Shown here piece after piece: positions 11,674 through 25,152 of a DNA stretch of 64,000 nt; position 1 is the stretch's first letter; the number at the start of each line of letters is the position of its first letter. Source of the stretch: Octopus sinensis (Eukaryota); contig NC_042998.1 of NCBI RefSeq assembly GCF_006345805.1, positions 171,120,001 to 171,184,000 on the forward strand. The letters run 5' to 3'. A program made the translations under genes and the position numbers. Under the pieces are notes generated by a model that saw only the letters and a list, made by a program, of their open reading frames with translations, was not told where the DNA came from and searched no databases.

Positions 11674-13049
11674 CTGTACAAAAAAATAAGTAGGAGATTA
11701 GCATATATAGCTTTATATTTAACCTTCAGAAGAAATAAAAACTAACTTGTTAGGAAAACTAATTACTGAAATGAATGGGTCAAAGGTGCTAGAGGCAGAG
11801 AGAATGTTTTGTAAATATAATGAAAACGTCTCTGAAACCAGAAGAGCTTTGAAAAACAAAAAAACTGAGTAATCAGTTTTATTGATGAAAGAGATAAATC
11901 ATAATACTCTTATAGCAAGTACCAGTCTCAGATGATCTAATACCAATTCTGAACAACTAGATGAAGTGAAAAGAACATAAAATAATTCTTAGAAATACAA
12001 GGGAACACTGGCAGCAGGTTTGAACACACAAGCTGCAAGCAAACAGTCCAATATATTATCCACTTGACCATTTAGTCTCGATAAAACTTGATATTTATAA
12101 GGCAAGGGGTAGATATAAACAACTATATTTTAGGCTGAAAAGCCAGCATTATCAAATTATTAATTTGGACAACAGTGGCAACACAAATATAGTCATAGTA
12201 TTAAGACTATTGTCCTCTGCCTAGCCAGGCAAAGCCAGAATGGCAGAGAAGGCTCATCAAACCAGTATGATCACAAACTCAAATTCACAGCCTCTACGTA
12301 ATTGTTGGTGGAGAGAACATGCTGAGAACTTTGGCTAGCAGTGGACTGAGCATAGGCAAACCAATCCAATCCAATCCAATCCAAGGTTATTGTAGTTATG
12401 CTCTTATACAAGGTATATAACTCTTAGCTTCAACTTAAGACTGCCAAAATCACCCACAAAATTTCCATAAAATGAATTTTGTTAGTTTAATATAAGAATT
12501 TAGAAATATTGAATTTCTAAATGTCTCAGAGAGACATGAGCAGTGGTGGAGCGAAAGAGTGGTTGTATACTGTCAACATAATGTGACTGTCCTGTAAAGG
12601 GAATTACACCACCGCTATTTAGCCCTAGGAAGCATCAACGCTTCCTGTCGACTTTGACACATTTCCTGTGTCCATATATTTGCGAAGGGGAGGCAAGCAC
12701 CCCCATTGCAAATATAAGGACACAAGAAATATAAAAATATTTTCATGAAAATTGTATTCCAAACATCACTTTAATACTTCAAACAACAATGTCCTTAAAT
12801 TTTGCAGACTGTCCACCTGACCAGTGAGATGATGGTTGATGATCAACTTGAACATCTGTAAGTCAATGTCTACAGTAAAAAAGAAAAAGTGCAGAAGGAC
12901 CTCCATAGGGTTGCATTTCTGAGAAAGGACTCACAATAATTATCTTTTATATAAATTTGTTTGTGAAAAGCTAATTGTCTTTGTTTAAAAAAAATTACAA
13001 CAAATTATTTCAGCAGTTATTCATAACAATGATTAATTCGAACACTTAC

Positions 13050-13219
13050 TCATATTGACTGCCAGCAACTGGCATCTTGGACTTTTTAATTGCATATATA
13101 CAACCATCAAGTCTGTTAACACATTTGTAGGCACTACCAAATTCTCCATCACCGAGTTTACAAACTTCAAAAAACTCTTCTTTATATCTTGAAGTACTAA
13201 TTTCACGCAAAGCCAATTT
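13050..13219 (-). CDS. WEE1: Wee1 coding exon 3 (170 nt; G-loop GDGEFG and YAIKKS catalytic Lys)
   Basis: KLALREISTSRYKEEFFEVCKLGDGEFGSAYKCVNRLDGCIYAIKKSKMPVAGSQYE; acceptor ctccttag, donor GA|GTAAGT. Confidence 0.97.
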
Positions 13220-13336
13220 CTAAGGAGGTAAAAATAGAAAAGCAATTGAAAAATTGTAACAAATAAGCTGAATGCATTCAACAATGCTTAATGCCACAAA
13301 TACAAATGAAAGGTATTTTGGAAAGTATGACCTTAC

Positions 13337-13388
13337 CTTTGGTTGAGGACAGTCGATTTCTTCCACAACATTCAAAATGTCACAATAT
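13337..13388 (-). CDS. WEE1: Wee1 coding exon 2 (52 nt, YCDILNVVEEIDCPQPK)
   Basis: Acceptor ttttttcag|A, donor AAG|GTAAGG; phase fits exons 1 and 3. Confidence 0.85.
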
Positions 13389-14725
13389 CTGAAAAAAGTT
13401 TGAAGACAATTGTTTGTTAAAAATAGCAAGTTACTTGTAAAATAATAACTAAATAATTTTTCCTAAAATTTATTAATTTTCTTCAAAATCTAACAGTCCC
13501 CACCCCATTTTCACATTTGCTTTATGGTACCAAATATGGCAATTGAATTTTATTCCAAGTTAAAATACATGCTAGTCTTAATACTAATATGTGGAATATC
13601 TCTAAAGATTTTAATAAATAGTTCATAAATGCTCGACAATATCAATATTGGGATTTTAAAATTTTAAGTGATAATTCTACAAAAAAAATTTACCATAACC
13701 CTAATGTAATTATTTTAGTTTGCAATCATATTGTACACTCAACTTAATTTTTTTTTAAACAACTTCATTTAAAATCACCATTATTTTAAAAATTGATACA
13801 CATCAACTGTATACTAAGATATGGTCAGTAAAGAGAGAGCTAATTTGGGACAGTAGAAAAAAGTATTGATGACTGAATCAATTGTACAGCATATGGTATT
13901 CTAATTCCATATTTCCAAGTTCAATTGATGCTACATCTAACTTTGATTTATACATTTTCAAGATTAATAAAACAAGTAATTTGTAGTGTAACTGACACTG
14001 AATTAATCAATTATTTGGGCCAGATTAAAAGGTTATTGCTGATGGATACCTTGTGAAACACCAGAGACTGCATCCAAAAGAAAGACTGATTAGCAAAGAT
14101 TTGACCACTAAGCAGATATAAACTATGCCTGAATAAAGACAAGATATTACTGCCTGGAATACTTTTGATCAAAGGTCTGTTCAATCAGGGGCTAAACAAA
14201 AATAACCATTAACTTACAGATACATAGCTTCTACTTTCTGACTATTATTGTAACTTAAACAGCATCTTGTTACTACTCTGCATACCTTTTCTTCTATTGC
14301 CACCTTTACTATATCTCATCTCTCACACTAAACACTTTCCTCAGTCCTTTGCCACTCAAGGATTGCAAATCTTTGGAATTTCCCCTCTGCTAACACTGGG
14401 CAATGTTTACAAAAGCAGTACAACACAAAGCTCTGAATAAAGAATCAGTAAATGAAAATGGCCTCGCTAATGTTTTCGATAAACCATATTTACAATGAGA
14501 ACATTTTCAGTTGGTGACAGTGAGATAAATTTTCTTCTTTTAATTTTTTTACATTGTGCTATGGTTAGCTTGTTTTACTTAAGACATTTCAATTGACTGT
14601 ATCAGCGTATTGTTTTAAGCTTTAACTTTTTGACATATAGGAATATAATAAAATACATTAAAAAGATACAATAATCATCAAAAATAACGTTCACTTTTAC
14701 ATGGCAGTCAAATCAGTACCAATAA

Positions 14726-15055
14726 ATTATTTACATTTGACGAATATTTGGCCTCATCTTTGTTGTCAACATGGTTTGGTTGATATGCCCTCCAGCTTTC
14801 ATCAGGTGTCTTGGGGAAATTTCAAACCTGGGTTCTCATTCTTAAGGTATTTTTCGATATTATTATTCAGGTCACTGCCTGGAATCGAACTTGGAATGCT
14901 GGGGTTAATAGCCCATGCTCTTAACCACTACGCCAAGACATCTGATGAAGGCTGGAGGGTATATCAGCCGAAATGTTAACAACAAACAAAATGAGGAGAA
15001 ATATCCATCAAATGTAATAATGTACATAATTCCTCATCTCTTAAATATAGAACTG
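14726..15055. mobile_element. Fold-back element: tRNA-like head (minus) between two inverted hammerhead-like Penelope-LTR-type arms
   Basis: Arms 14726-14814 and 14933-15021 are inverted homologs; core has A box TGGCGTAGTGG and B box GTTCGATTCC on minus; the right arm has CTGATGA-A-GGCTG-loop-CAGCC-GAAA, and the left arm has the same motif with GAAA broken. Confidence 0.7.
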
Positions 15056-16904
15056 TAGTGCTGATAAAGTTTTGCATTGTCAATGGGCTTTTTGTTAAAA
15101 TCCATGAAGAATACCAACTTATCTGCTGCTCAACATGCTAGAGTTAATAACTAAATCTCATTGAAATGATTTTGCAAAGTAATATTTAAACCTCTCTTGA
15201 GAAAATTTGTATATCATCCATTCTTTACAACAAAATTTATTTACATTGAAGAATAATGACAATTGGAATTTAATAGTTATTTCGAGTATATTAGATAATG
15301 AGGAAGTTGGAGTTTTTGATTTGTGACTGAGAAATTATGTTGGGCAATGCTAAGTTAAAAACAAAACAAAAAGAGAGTCTGGAATACCATTTTGTAAAAT
15401 AGCTATCATTATTAAGCAGGTGTTTGGGACATTGGTGTTGGATTAGCTACTTTGTCATTTACTTCCCCAAGAAAACATAGTAAAGTGCAAGTACGGCGGC
15501 TGCATAAAGTTCGCTTCTACTAGAATTCCAGATTGACTGATGCCTTATGTTTTAACGTCATTACTAGACAACCAGTTTAGGTTTGTTTACATCCCTGTAA
15601 CTTAGTGGTTCAGTATAAAAGGAGACAGAATAAGCATTAGATTTGAAGTAAAGTACTAATGTCCAACCGAATGCCTAGCAAATATCTCCAAGGTATAGTG
15701 GTGCCAGGACGGCTGTAGTTCAATGACAGAAACATGTAAAAGATAAAAATAAAATGTTATTACTATTACAAAGAACCATTAATAAAGAACAATCATGTTT
15801 GTTGCATCATGGAATGCTTTGAGTATTTTTTTTAATAGCAAGATTTCTTCTGTTAACATATTAGTTCCTATTAAAACTTTTTGGATTCTGTTATTTATGT
15901 AACATCTGTGAACTGACTTATTTAAATCTGTAGCATTTTGTTATTTTTTGTCTTATGCCATTGCGGTGAATGCATTCGATAAACACAACAAAGCTTCCAT
16001 TAAAAAGGTAGCTGCTGAAGCTAAATTAATGAGACCAGTGTTATAAAAGAGTACCATGAAAATATTTAATTTTTTTTTCTAATGTTAAAATTTCTCACTA
16101 CAGTTTGGTTGCATTGAGCATGTCACTCATTCCCACTCTATTTGTTTTAGTTCCCTCTGCTAGCACGACTAATATGAAACACATTGCCTTTTATGTAAGA
16201 CTAGCAGGCCCCATGCCATCAAAAATGACAGCCAATTGTAGTATTTTATATATAAATATGGATAGTAAATCAAATTATTACACTTGTCAATGTTCACATA
16301 CTTCCCTTGTACATGCACACACACATACTCAGAGTTGAAATGCTGTTTGATTTTTCTTTTCAAATTTTCAATTCCCCCTCCTCACCCCAAATTTTTAAAA
16401 ATCTACGTCGAAAAATATGGAGATGAAGAAAATGGAAAAAAGAAAATAATTAATTTCAAATTTTCTACGAGGAAACTCTAATAAATGTGAGAGAGGTGTC
16501 CTAATGTGAACATAAGTGAGGGTCCAACCATTCTTCTTGGCAGCAGTTAAGAATATGAAGACTGTGAAAACCCCTCGTCCATCAGGAATTATTTCTAAAG
16601 TACGTGGAATATTAGGGCACGGCCTAATTTTGGTGGTGGGGTGAGGAATTTCGGAAAATTCACTGGAGTTCACTTCAATTCGTCTTAACTTTCAAGAAAA
16701 TGGATATTTTTTAATGAAATTCTCTGCAAATATGGACTTTAGAAACACCCCCAAAATTTCATGAAACACATCTGATATTCGATGGGGGTCTTTTTATGTG
16801 GGTCAACAATTCACTCAATTTTTTTTTTTATCCAAATAATAACAGGCTATAGAAAGGCAAAGGATGTTCATCAAGAAGAAAGTTGACATTGTGGAGTTAC
16901 TCCT

Positions 16905-17060
16905 TTACTTGTTTCAGTCACTTGACTGCGGCCATGCTGGAGCACCACCTTGAAGGGCTTCAGTCGAACGAAACGACCACTTATTTTTGAAGTCTAGAAC
17001 TTATTCTATTGTTTTTGTTTGCCGAACCGCTAAGTTATGGATGTAAATAAACACCGCAAC
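16905..17060 (-). mobile_element. Family B SINE 3' fragment
   Basis: tacttgtttcagtcacttgactgcggccatgctggagcaccacc matches the family B tail. Confidence 0.75.
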
Positions 17061-17061
17061 A

Positions 17062-17145
17062 TCAGTTCGATATTCCACCAGAACACATGATGAAGGCTGG
17101 AGAGTACATCAGCCGAAACGTGATAACAACAAACACGAAAAGGAC
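17062..17145 (+). mobile_element. Third, diverged copy of the hammerhead-like arm
   Basis: gaacacaTGATGAaGGCTGgagagtacatCAGCCGAAACGT, homologous to 14933-14980. Confidence 0.65.
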
Positions 17146-19048
17146 ACCTATCTCTCCAGAATGCCCATTTGGCGATCTTTCGTTACAAGGGCGATCGAAT
17201 GAATGCCGATACATACATACATATATATATAGGCAGACGTCGGAATTTCTCCGTTTTGACGGAGATTTTTCAAATTTCTTTTCACAGTGCCCTTGGAATT
17301 GATCTGGCGTATCTGTTTTACAAAAAACTTTTCTACCCTTCTCTGGAGCGATTGTGGTCAATTTTGTGGGCACTTAAAATCCAGGTATAACTACAGATTT
17401 CTGCCCCACCGACTTTGGATGATCTTAACTTTCAGAAAAATTGATATTTTTTAATGAAATTTTCTACAAATATTTGTTATATCATGTAGATTCCGAATAT
17501 ACAAACTCTTTTGGTGGGAGGGGAACACATGAACAAAAACCTATGAAGATTTTATTCTGAATGAACACAAACATATTATTGAATATCGTGTGGCAAGACT
17601 TCCTTTTGTACCCCCCTCTTTTCTCTGTTCATTCGCGCGAGCACACACAAACACAGAAGCCGGTCATTTTCACTTAGACAGCGGCTGGGGTAGCGAGGGG
17701 TATATGAATCAATTTTTGAGTTTCTTCCTAGAAAATTTGAAAATCATTTCCCCATATTCTTAATCTCCCTCCCACGCAGATTGGGGGGAAAAAAATTCGA
17801 AAAAAAGTTAAAATTTAAAAATTTGGGGTGGAGTTTGGAGGGGGACTGAAAAAACAATAGTTTTTTGGATATTCAGAATCGCCGTCATCGAAAACATAAG
17901 AAACCGCGGGGGGGGGGTCTCCACGCCTGTGTACTTGCAAACATTAAACCAGACAGTTTACTATTTTTATCATATTTGTGCCAATAATGCTAAACACTAT
18001 ATATATATATATAAAGCATGTAACATGCAAAATAAGATACAAAGACAAGAAAATTTTTTCCAATTAAATTTTGGACAGCACTCTTTAAATGGTAAACCTT
18101 CCTGGAAGTCTTCTACAAAACGTTGAACATGTAGGCATAACTTATAGTTCGATGCCAAACTCCTTCGCAACTTTGTTTCTTATAACTTTCATAATAATGA
18201 TTTTGCACTAATTATGCGACGATATACACTTTTGAAGGTGAAGATAAGTTGATGACAATTTTAAAACATTTTCTTTTGAATGAATCATGCTTTGGGACTT
18301 CTATGATGTGATTGTTTACGACATAATAGGGCAAGTGCAAGAGACCGGATTTGGCCATTTTGAGTATTAAACAAGTAGAATATTTTGGCTGGATATGGCC
18401 GGTGCTAAAGGATTAAAGTTGAGAGGAAACAAAGTTGGCGATGGGAGGAGAGGAGAACAAACTAAAGTTAAGCAAGAACAACTTATAACCGTCAGCAGTC
18501 TCCGGTTTATCAGATACGCTACGATATACTGGAGTGGGAGATAGTGGTAGTAAGAGTAAGCAATAGTAGAGTGCAAAAGTAATAGTGTAGACACACACAT
18601 CAAAATAGCTGTTGACCTTGACAGTGAGAATTGATTTCCAAACCAGCAGTCAACCCGGTCTCAGCCCACACGTACCTCTCTTCACCTGTTAATGTTTGAA
18701 TTTTAAACCGTTGTCAAAGAGAACCATCTGGTACAGAATATACCTTTTGATATCCGAAAAGCTTTCTACTTTAAAGCGATTTAAATTAATACACTCCATC
18801 AACATTTCATACTAATTTAAGTGCCAATTACCAGATGAATAATGACAAAGCTATTTTCCTGTTATTTCCAAATCTATTTGAAATAAAGACGGTATATTTC
18901 TATAAAAATAACGAAAGGGTTTAGAGCTAAATAGCAAAATTGACATCAATAAACACGCACAATATATAAATATATAATCTTTCTTGGAACTTGTTTTATG
19001 CTATATAAAATTATAGGCCAACGATAAATGATGGATAAAACTTTACAC

Positions 19049-19220
19049 GAGTGGCTGTGTGGTAAGTAGCTTGCTTACCAATCACATGGTTCCGGGTTCA
19101 GGCCCACTGCGTGACACGTGACACCTTAGGCAAGTGTCTTCTACTATAGCCCCGGGCCGACCAAAGCCTTGTAGGTGGGTTTGGTAGACGGAAAATGAAA
19201 GAAACCCGTCGTATATATAA

Positions 19221-19255
<35 letters not shown>

Positions 19256-19440
19256 GTACGTGTGTCTGTGTTTGTCCCCCCACCCAACATCGCTTGACAA
19301 CTGATGTTGGTGTGTTTACGTCCCCGTAACCGATAGAATAAGTACTAGGCTTACAAAGAATAAGTCCTGGGGTCGATTTGCTCGACTAAAGAAGGTGCTC
19401 CAGCATGGCCACAGTCAAATGACTGAAACAAGTAAAAGGA
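19049..19440 (+). mobile_element. tRNA-derived SINE family B with CORE-like segment
   Basis: Head gagtggctgtgtggtaag...gggttcaggcccact (A/B boxes), gacaccttaggcaagt (CORE-SINE-like), internal (TA)n, tail gactgaaacaagtaaaag. Confidence 0.88.
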
Positions 19441-19763
19441 ACTTTTATTTTCTGTTCATCACCAACTATTAGTTATTTAGTTCTAGGTCAGCCCTGATAG
19501 AGCAGACCTATAATTATAAGCATACTATAGCCGCCGCATCTTTTAAGGCCATTCAGGATTATACTATATGAAGTGTCTTTCCTTCATTTATGACCACTGA
19601 ATATGATTGAAGAGTGTGCGAGTATGCACACGCACACCGTACATACATCAGTCCATATAATAGTGTGGACTCCCTACCCGACTTTGTTTCTTCTAAACTT
19701 TTTGTAAGGAGGAGATTCGGTACATTTTCCACTCCTCCGAGTGTGTTTCTCCAAAACAATCTT

Positions 19764-19912
19764 TCATCATCATCATCATCATTTAACATCCGTTCTCCAT
19801 GCTAGCATGGGTTGGACGGTTCGACCGGGGATCTGAGAAGCCAGAAGGCTGCACCAGGCTCCAGTCTGATCTAGCAGTGTTTCTACAGCTGGATGCCCTT
19901 CCTAACACCACT
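19764..19912 (-). mobile_element. Family C RTE-tail SINE
   Basis: (CAT)n + ttaacatccgttctccatgctagcatggg. Confidence 0.85.
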
Positions 19913-20479
19913 TTAAAGAGCATATTTTTTTTAATGACATCTTACAGGAAAGACGTCAGTTAAAGTATAAGATTATGTAATGTAGATGTTTGAAACAAAT
20001 CTGAGGTGAAAAAAATGTTTAAAATGCTCATGTCACGGAATTTACAAGTCGAGGGTAGAATGATCCAAAACTCTTTAAAAAAGTAAAAACAAAAAAAATC
20101 CATGGGAAACGTATCTCTCAAAATTTCATTAAAAATATACATTTTTCAGAAAGTTATGAGGAAACAAAATCGAAGTGCGGAGGGGGAGGACATCAAATTG
20201 TAGTTATGTTATAAATAAACACGAAGATCGGTGATTATCTTGATATAGCGTCACAATTTCTCAAACCTTGTCTCTCAGGACGACTAGATTTGAAGCTAAT
20301 TTTTCTTAAATAAGGAATTTCTCATAACATATCAAGCACAAGAGTCAATAACCCCACACCCAGAATTTACATCTACGTACGGATCTTCATTGAATATACT
20401 TGGCTGGCAAAGATCTTGAATAATGTGGACCTCCACCTCCAAACCAGACTAACAGCTTGAGATTCTTTTCATAAAAATG

Positions 20480-21000
20480 TATCACCCTGGGTTCCAATTA
20501 GATAAGTTTGTACAAGGATCAGACAATTGGTAACATATGACTTGAAAGGAATAGTTTCCCTTGCTGCGACTGCAGAAAAAGCAAAGGTTTTTGGAAGAAC
20601 TTAATTTTGGCAGAAACTTTGTTTAATTAAGCAGATCTCTATTGCGGTGACCGCATCTAGAATTACTGCAACTTTGCTTAGATGGCAGGATGGATCAATG
20701 TTTTTAAGCTGCCAGTCAGCTCTGCATACGACGACGGTCGCCCTGCAATACTGGCAAAGAATCTGGATAGACAGATGTTCTGAAGGAAACCAAACATCTT
20801 TTCACGCTTTACAAGATCTGAAGTTAACACATTATGGTGGAGTCTTGCTTTCCGGTGATTTCAAGCAAACTCTGGCAGTTATCCCAAAAACAGCAGTTGA
20901 CGAATTGAAAACATGCACACACTCCTCCGCCAATTCTAATTTGGAGAAGAGAGGAAAAATTTCATCGATCTACCAACTCGACAGTTGCTTAAGTTGTGGC
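20480..21000 (+). mobile_element. Helitron PIF1-helicase fragment (degenerate)
   Basis: IAVTASRITATLL (for AVASSGIAATLL) and GGVLLSGDFKQTLAVIPKTAVDELKTC. Confidence 0.8.
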
Positions 21001-21946
21001 GATTATTTCATCTCCGGTTGCATAATGACAATCAAGAAAAGGAAACAAACTGATTAGGAGTTTCATGACTCGAAATAAAAAATACACAAATAATCAATCG
21101 TTAGTAATCGTCAATAAAATGAAACTGAAATGTTTTTTCCTGTCAAACTCAAAGTAAATCCTTGATCCTGATCGAAGTGCTACACCGTTATTGCCGATCA
21201 TTGATCCCAGAGTTGCCAGGCACCTGCACTGAACAGACTGAGTGAGTGCTCTATCATCAACAACTGCCAAACCACGACACGGTAAACCAGTGTCCATTCA
21301 TTCACCCCAATGATCCAGGTGTCGCATAGAAAGTAAATATCGTGAAATGCATGGCACTTCAGACAAATCTATTAAAAACTTACTCAGAGTGTACCTGGCG
21401 TCAATAAGACATTAGTCCCGAGTTATTTACACAAAAAAACAACCTACCTGAACACGATATCTCTATATTCTTTTTTATATGTTCAGGTATGCTATTTTTA
21501 TTTTTCATTATGTGGTAGATTGTGTGTAGTCATTCGATTGACTAGAAAAGGCAGCTAAAACTCCCTCATCTTAAAATGAGAAGTGGTAATATAGCCCTAG
21601 ACTGGCACATATTTTACTACAGATGATCAGCAACCAAATTTTCCTTCAGTCTTACACTAGTGCTTTACACTCGAAATCAAAACAAATTATGATAACTGCC
21701 AGGTACAGAACAATTTATGTATTAAGTATATTTTGACATATAAATCACTTTGATTTGATAATCAGATTAACTGGTTGAAATCAAATTAATCCCAATCCTT
21801 AGGGGATTGTGATTAATTTGATTACAACTGTAAATCTACTTAGTTTGATGTTCACAAAGTAGAGATTAAAATACATAACTATAGTAAACAAAATCGAGTT
21901 TTCGGAACAGCTTCACACACACACATATATATATATACACATATAA

Positions 21947-22298
21947 GCGTAGGATTGGCAGTGTGGTAAGTAGCTTGCTTACTTCAGGGTTCAGTCCCAC
22001 TGCGTGGCACCTTGGGCAAGTGTCTTCTACTATAGCCTCGGGCCAACCAAAGCCTTGTGAGTGGATTTGGTAGACGGAAACTGAAAAGAAGCCCGTCGTA
22101 TATATGTATATGTCCCAACCCAACATAGCTTGACAACCGATGATGGTGTGTTTACGTCCCTGTAACTTAGCGGTTCGGCAAAAGTAACCGATAGAATAAG
22201 TACTAGGCTTACAAAGAATAAGTCCCGGGGTCGATTTGCTCGACTAAAGGCGGTGCTCCAGCATGGCCACAGTCAAATGACTGAAATAAGTAAGAGTA
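21947..22298 (+). mobile_element. Family B SINE
   Basis: Near full-length homolog of the 19049 copy. Confidence 0.88.
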
Positions 22299-22869
22299 AA
22301 TGAGCAAAGTGAATGAATATATATATATTCACATTGCTCATATATATATCCATCCATTACAATTTACTGGATTTGGTTAAAAAGAGACGAGCTTTATTTG
22401 ATAACCCGTTGGTCAATCAACCGGGGCCTCATATCAGTGAGGAGGGGTGGGGTGCACAATGATGCCATCAAGAGGTAAGCCCCAAAACGACGCGCATTCT
22501 CTCCCGATGACCCTATACACTTGCTGGCATTCGGTATGCGGAGCTTTCGACTTGTAGTACCTGCATGTGCAAGTGTCGGACGTTAAATGACGATGTTTTG
22601 TAAACAACTTGCAAATGCAAGTACTACACATCCATTACACGTCATTTATAAATTCATGGTTTGTATGGTAATAATATGGGTTTCTTTAGAATAGATCAGT
22701 TTCAACATCAGTATGTATCAATTAATATTTATTTCATCGTATCAGATATGAAGCCCCAAATTATGCAAAAATTAAAACATTAAAATTTCTATTATAGTTT
22801 AGCTCCTCTCAACACTAGCATAAAACTAACTGTACTCAATGTTTTAACTTTCTCGAAGAGGCTTGCGAG

Positions 22870-23056
22870 TTACATGGCGACCTCTCTAGTGCTGGTGCCA
22901 AGGATAAAAACCCACTCAGTAAAGTGGTTGGAGTTAGGAAAGACATCCACTCGTTCACAGATATGATGCCAAAGCAGGCCTCTGACACATCAGATCCTGT
23001 CTGATGATCAATCTCATACAGCAAGAAGTGTCGGACGTTAAATGACGATAATGATT
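22870..23056 (+). mobile_element. Family C RTE-tail SINE (diverged)
   Basis: aaagtggttggagttaggaaagacatcc...gtcggacgttaaatgacgataatg. Confidence 0.7.
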
Positions 23057-25152
23057 ATGTAGGCCATAACAAACTGAGCCTAGATAATTTACAGTTATCT
23101 GATAGCTATCTCTTCGTTCTAAATCGCTATTCGTCTTTCATTTCCTGTCACTCTTACTGAAAACAAGCGAGGCGTAAAATGTTTTTGATCAATATCACAG
23201 GTTTTGCATTTGAATGTGTTTATGCCACAGGTCAGCACTGATGAAGCGGATTTCGCCAGACAACACCCCCCCCCCATTTTCATTGTATGTGGGACTAAAA
23301 TATCCATTAAAAGTTAGTAGGGTTTGAGGGAGATTTGATTGTTATTTCTAGTAGGTCAAGCAACCACATAAAAGCTCAACCCTAATGATAATCATCCTGT
23401 AAAGTGGATTTAATGAAAGCACGCACTGATTGAAAAGTTGAAGCTATTCTAAGACGTAATGAAAAAGTATATCACCGTTTCTATAAAACTGGCGGAAAAG
23501 CGAAATTTGCTGATTAAGTTACATTAATGAAATCTCAAGTAGCCTTGTTAGCAAGAAAGAATCACCTAATAATGGTTATTTACTCAAAGCAATACATAGT
23601 ATGCATCAATAGCAGCTGAGCATAAGAAAAGAGTGGATTCAGTATTTGCGCTATATTCAATAGTTTGAATGAGAGACGGTTTGCTTCTTTTAACAGCAGC
23701 CCATAGTAAAATATAGTTTATGACATTTAAAAATTCGCTTGACTTTGCTTATCGTTTGCTCAGAACAAAACAAAACAAGTATTAGTAATATGATGTTATC
23801 AATATGCTATTTTATCGACAATTAACCCTGTGGTTTAAATCAATTAAATAGTTAACGGTTTTTGCACAAGTAAACAAGCTAATTAGTATTCGGTAATATT
23901 TACTGTTGAAGCATACTCTGTAAACTTTTTCTCGGAGCTTACTGCAGTTTCGCATCTCTCCTTTTGATCTAGTTCTATTTTGTGGAAAGTGGATTTAATT
24001 AGTCGTGTATGTGTTTTGTTACATTTTGTATCGAGTTTTAGCATTTGTGCAGAGTTTCGGAATAAGTACTAATCTCCAGCAGTATTTTTTAAAGTACTTT
24101 GCGCTTAATATGTAATTCAACACAAATTTCCATCGAATTAACAGAAACAAGACAAAAATATCTGCCGTCTCGTGTGTGAATTTTCCGAAACTTCTCCCCC
24201 AGCCTTGGAAAAATTTTTCTGGAAGTTATGAGGCAACAAAGTCCAGTGGGACACACATGTAGAAGTATGCCAAATACCTTACGCTTCATATACAGAAATA
24301 TTTTTTTAATGCTTCTTCTAAATTCATTATTTTATGGGGAGTAGATGCTCCTTTATCACACTTGAAGTAAAAAGATAATTTAAATACTTTTAACATCAAA
24401 CATTTCATCAAGCCTCAATATAGAATATCCCTAGTTAAGTAATATAGCAAGGTGTCTTTATAATTGATACTGATAATATGTATGACGAAATTTAGTTAAC
24501 TTCAGAAACACGAGTTATAAAATGTTATAATTAACTTGATGCAACATTGTGAGATAAATAATAAATCTATAACTACATGGAAGAAGTAAATTTCAACTTG
24601 GCAATGAGTGAGCTGTTTTCAAAATATGAGATACAAATCGGATTATGGTTAACTTTAGATTGCACACGTAGACCTTACGTTTTTGATGCCCTTAAAAACA
24701 AAACAGCAAGCCAAGTAGTAAACTAAATAATGACATATTTTACCATATGAAATTAAACGATTTTTTAAAAAACATTATTTTCCTTCGATTCTAGAACCTC
24801 TAAATTATTGTAAATTTCAGAAAATTATAAGCTCGTATACCTAATTAGCTCCTTTCATGCTTAAAAGGTTACTTAAAGAATGTGTTTTTTACTACCTTAA
24901 CAAATCATAATCTTTAATAAGAAACGGAAAATGTTTTTGTTTTTAACTGAAACTAGGCATTTTTAAACAAAATCCAGGCCACATTATGGTTAGCATATTG
25001 CGAGTTGTCATTATTTTACAGAGTCTATCATTCCAAAAATGCTGTTAATCAACTAAAAAACAGCAAAATGACAGACTGAAAATTTTGAAACATTTGTACA
25101 GACATATGAAAATAAAAGTAAAAAAAAAATGAAAATACAAAAAAACAATTAC

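Noticed and set aside
14867-14934. tRNA gene
   Set aside because: Has A/B boxes but no complete acceptor stem and is fused to repeat sequence; the same holds for the SINE heads at 19049, 21947, 44942, 50150 and 57660
23231-23265. CTGATGA-AGCG-gattt-CGC-CAGAC as a hammerhead
   Set aside because: No GAAA and no stem I/III; may be a very old PLE relic but cannot be supported
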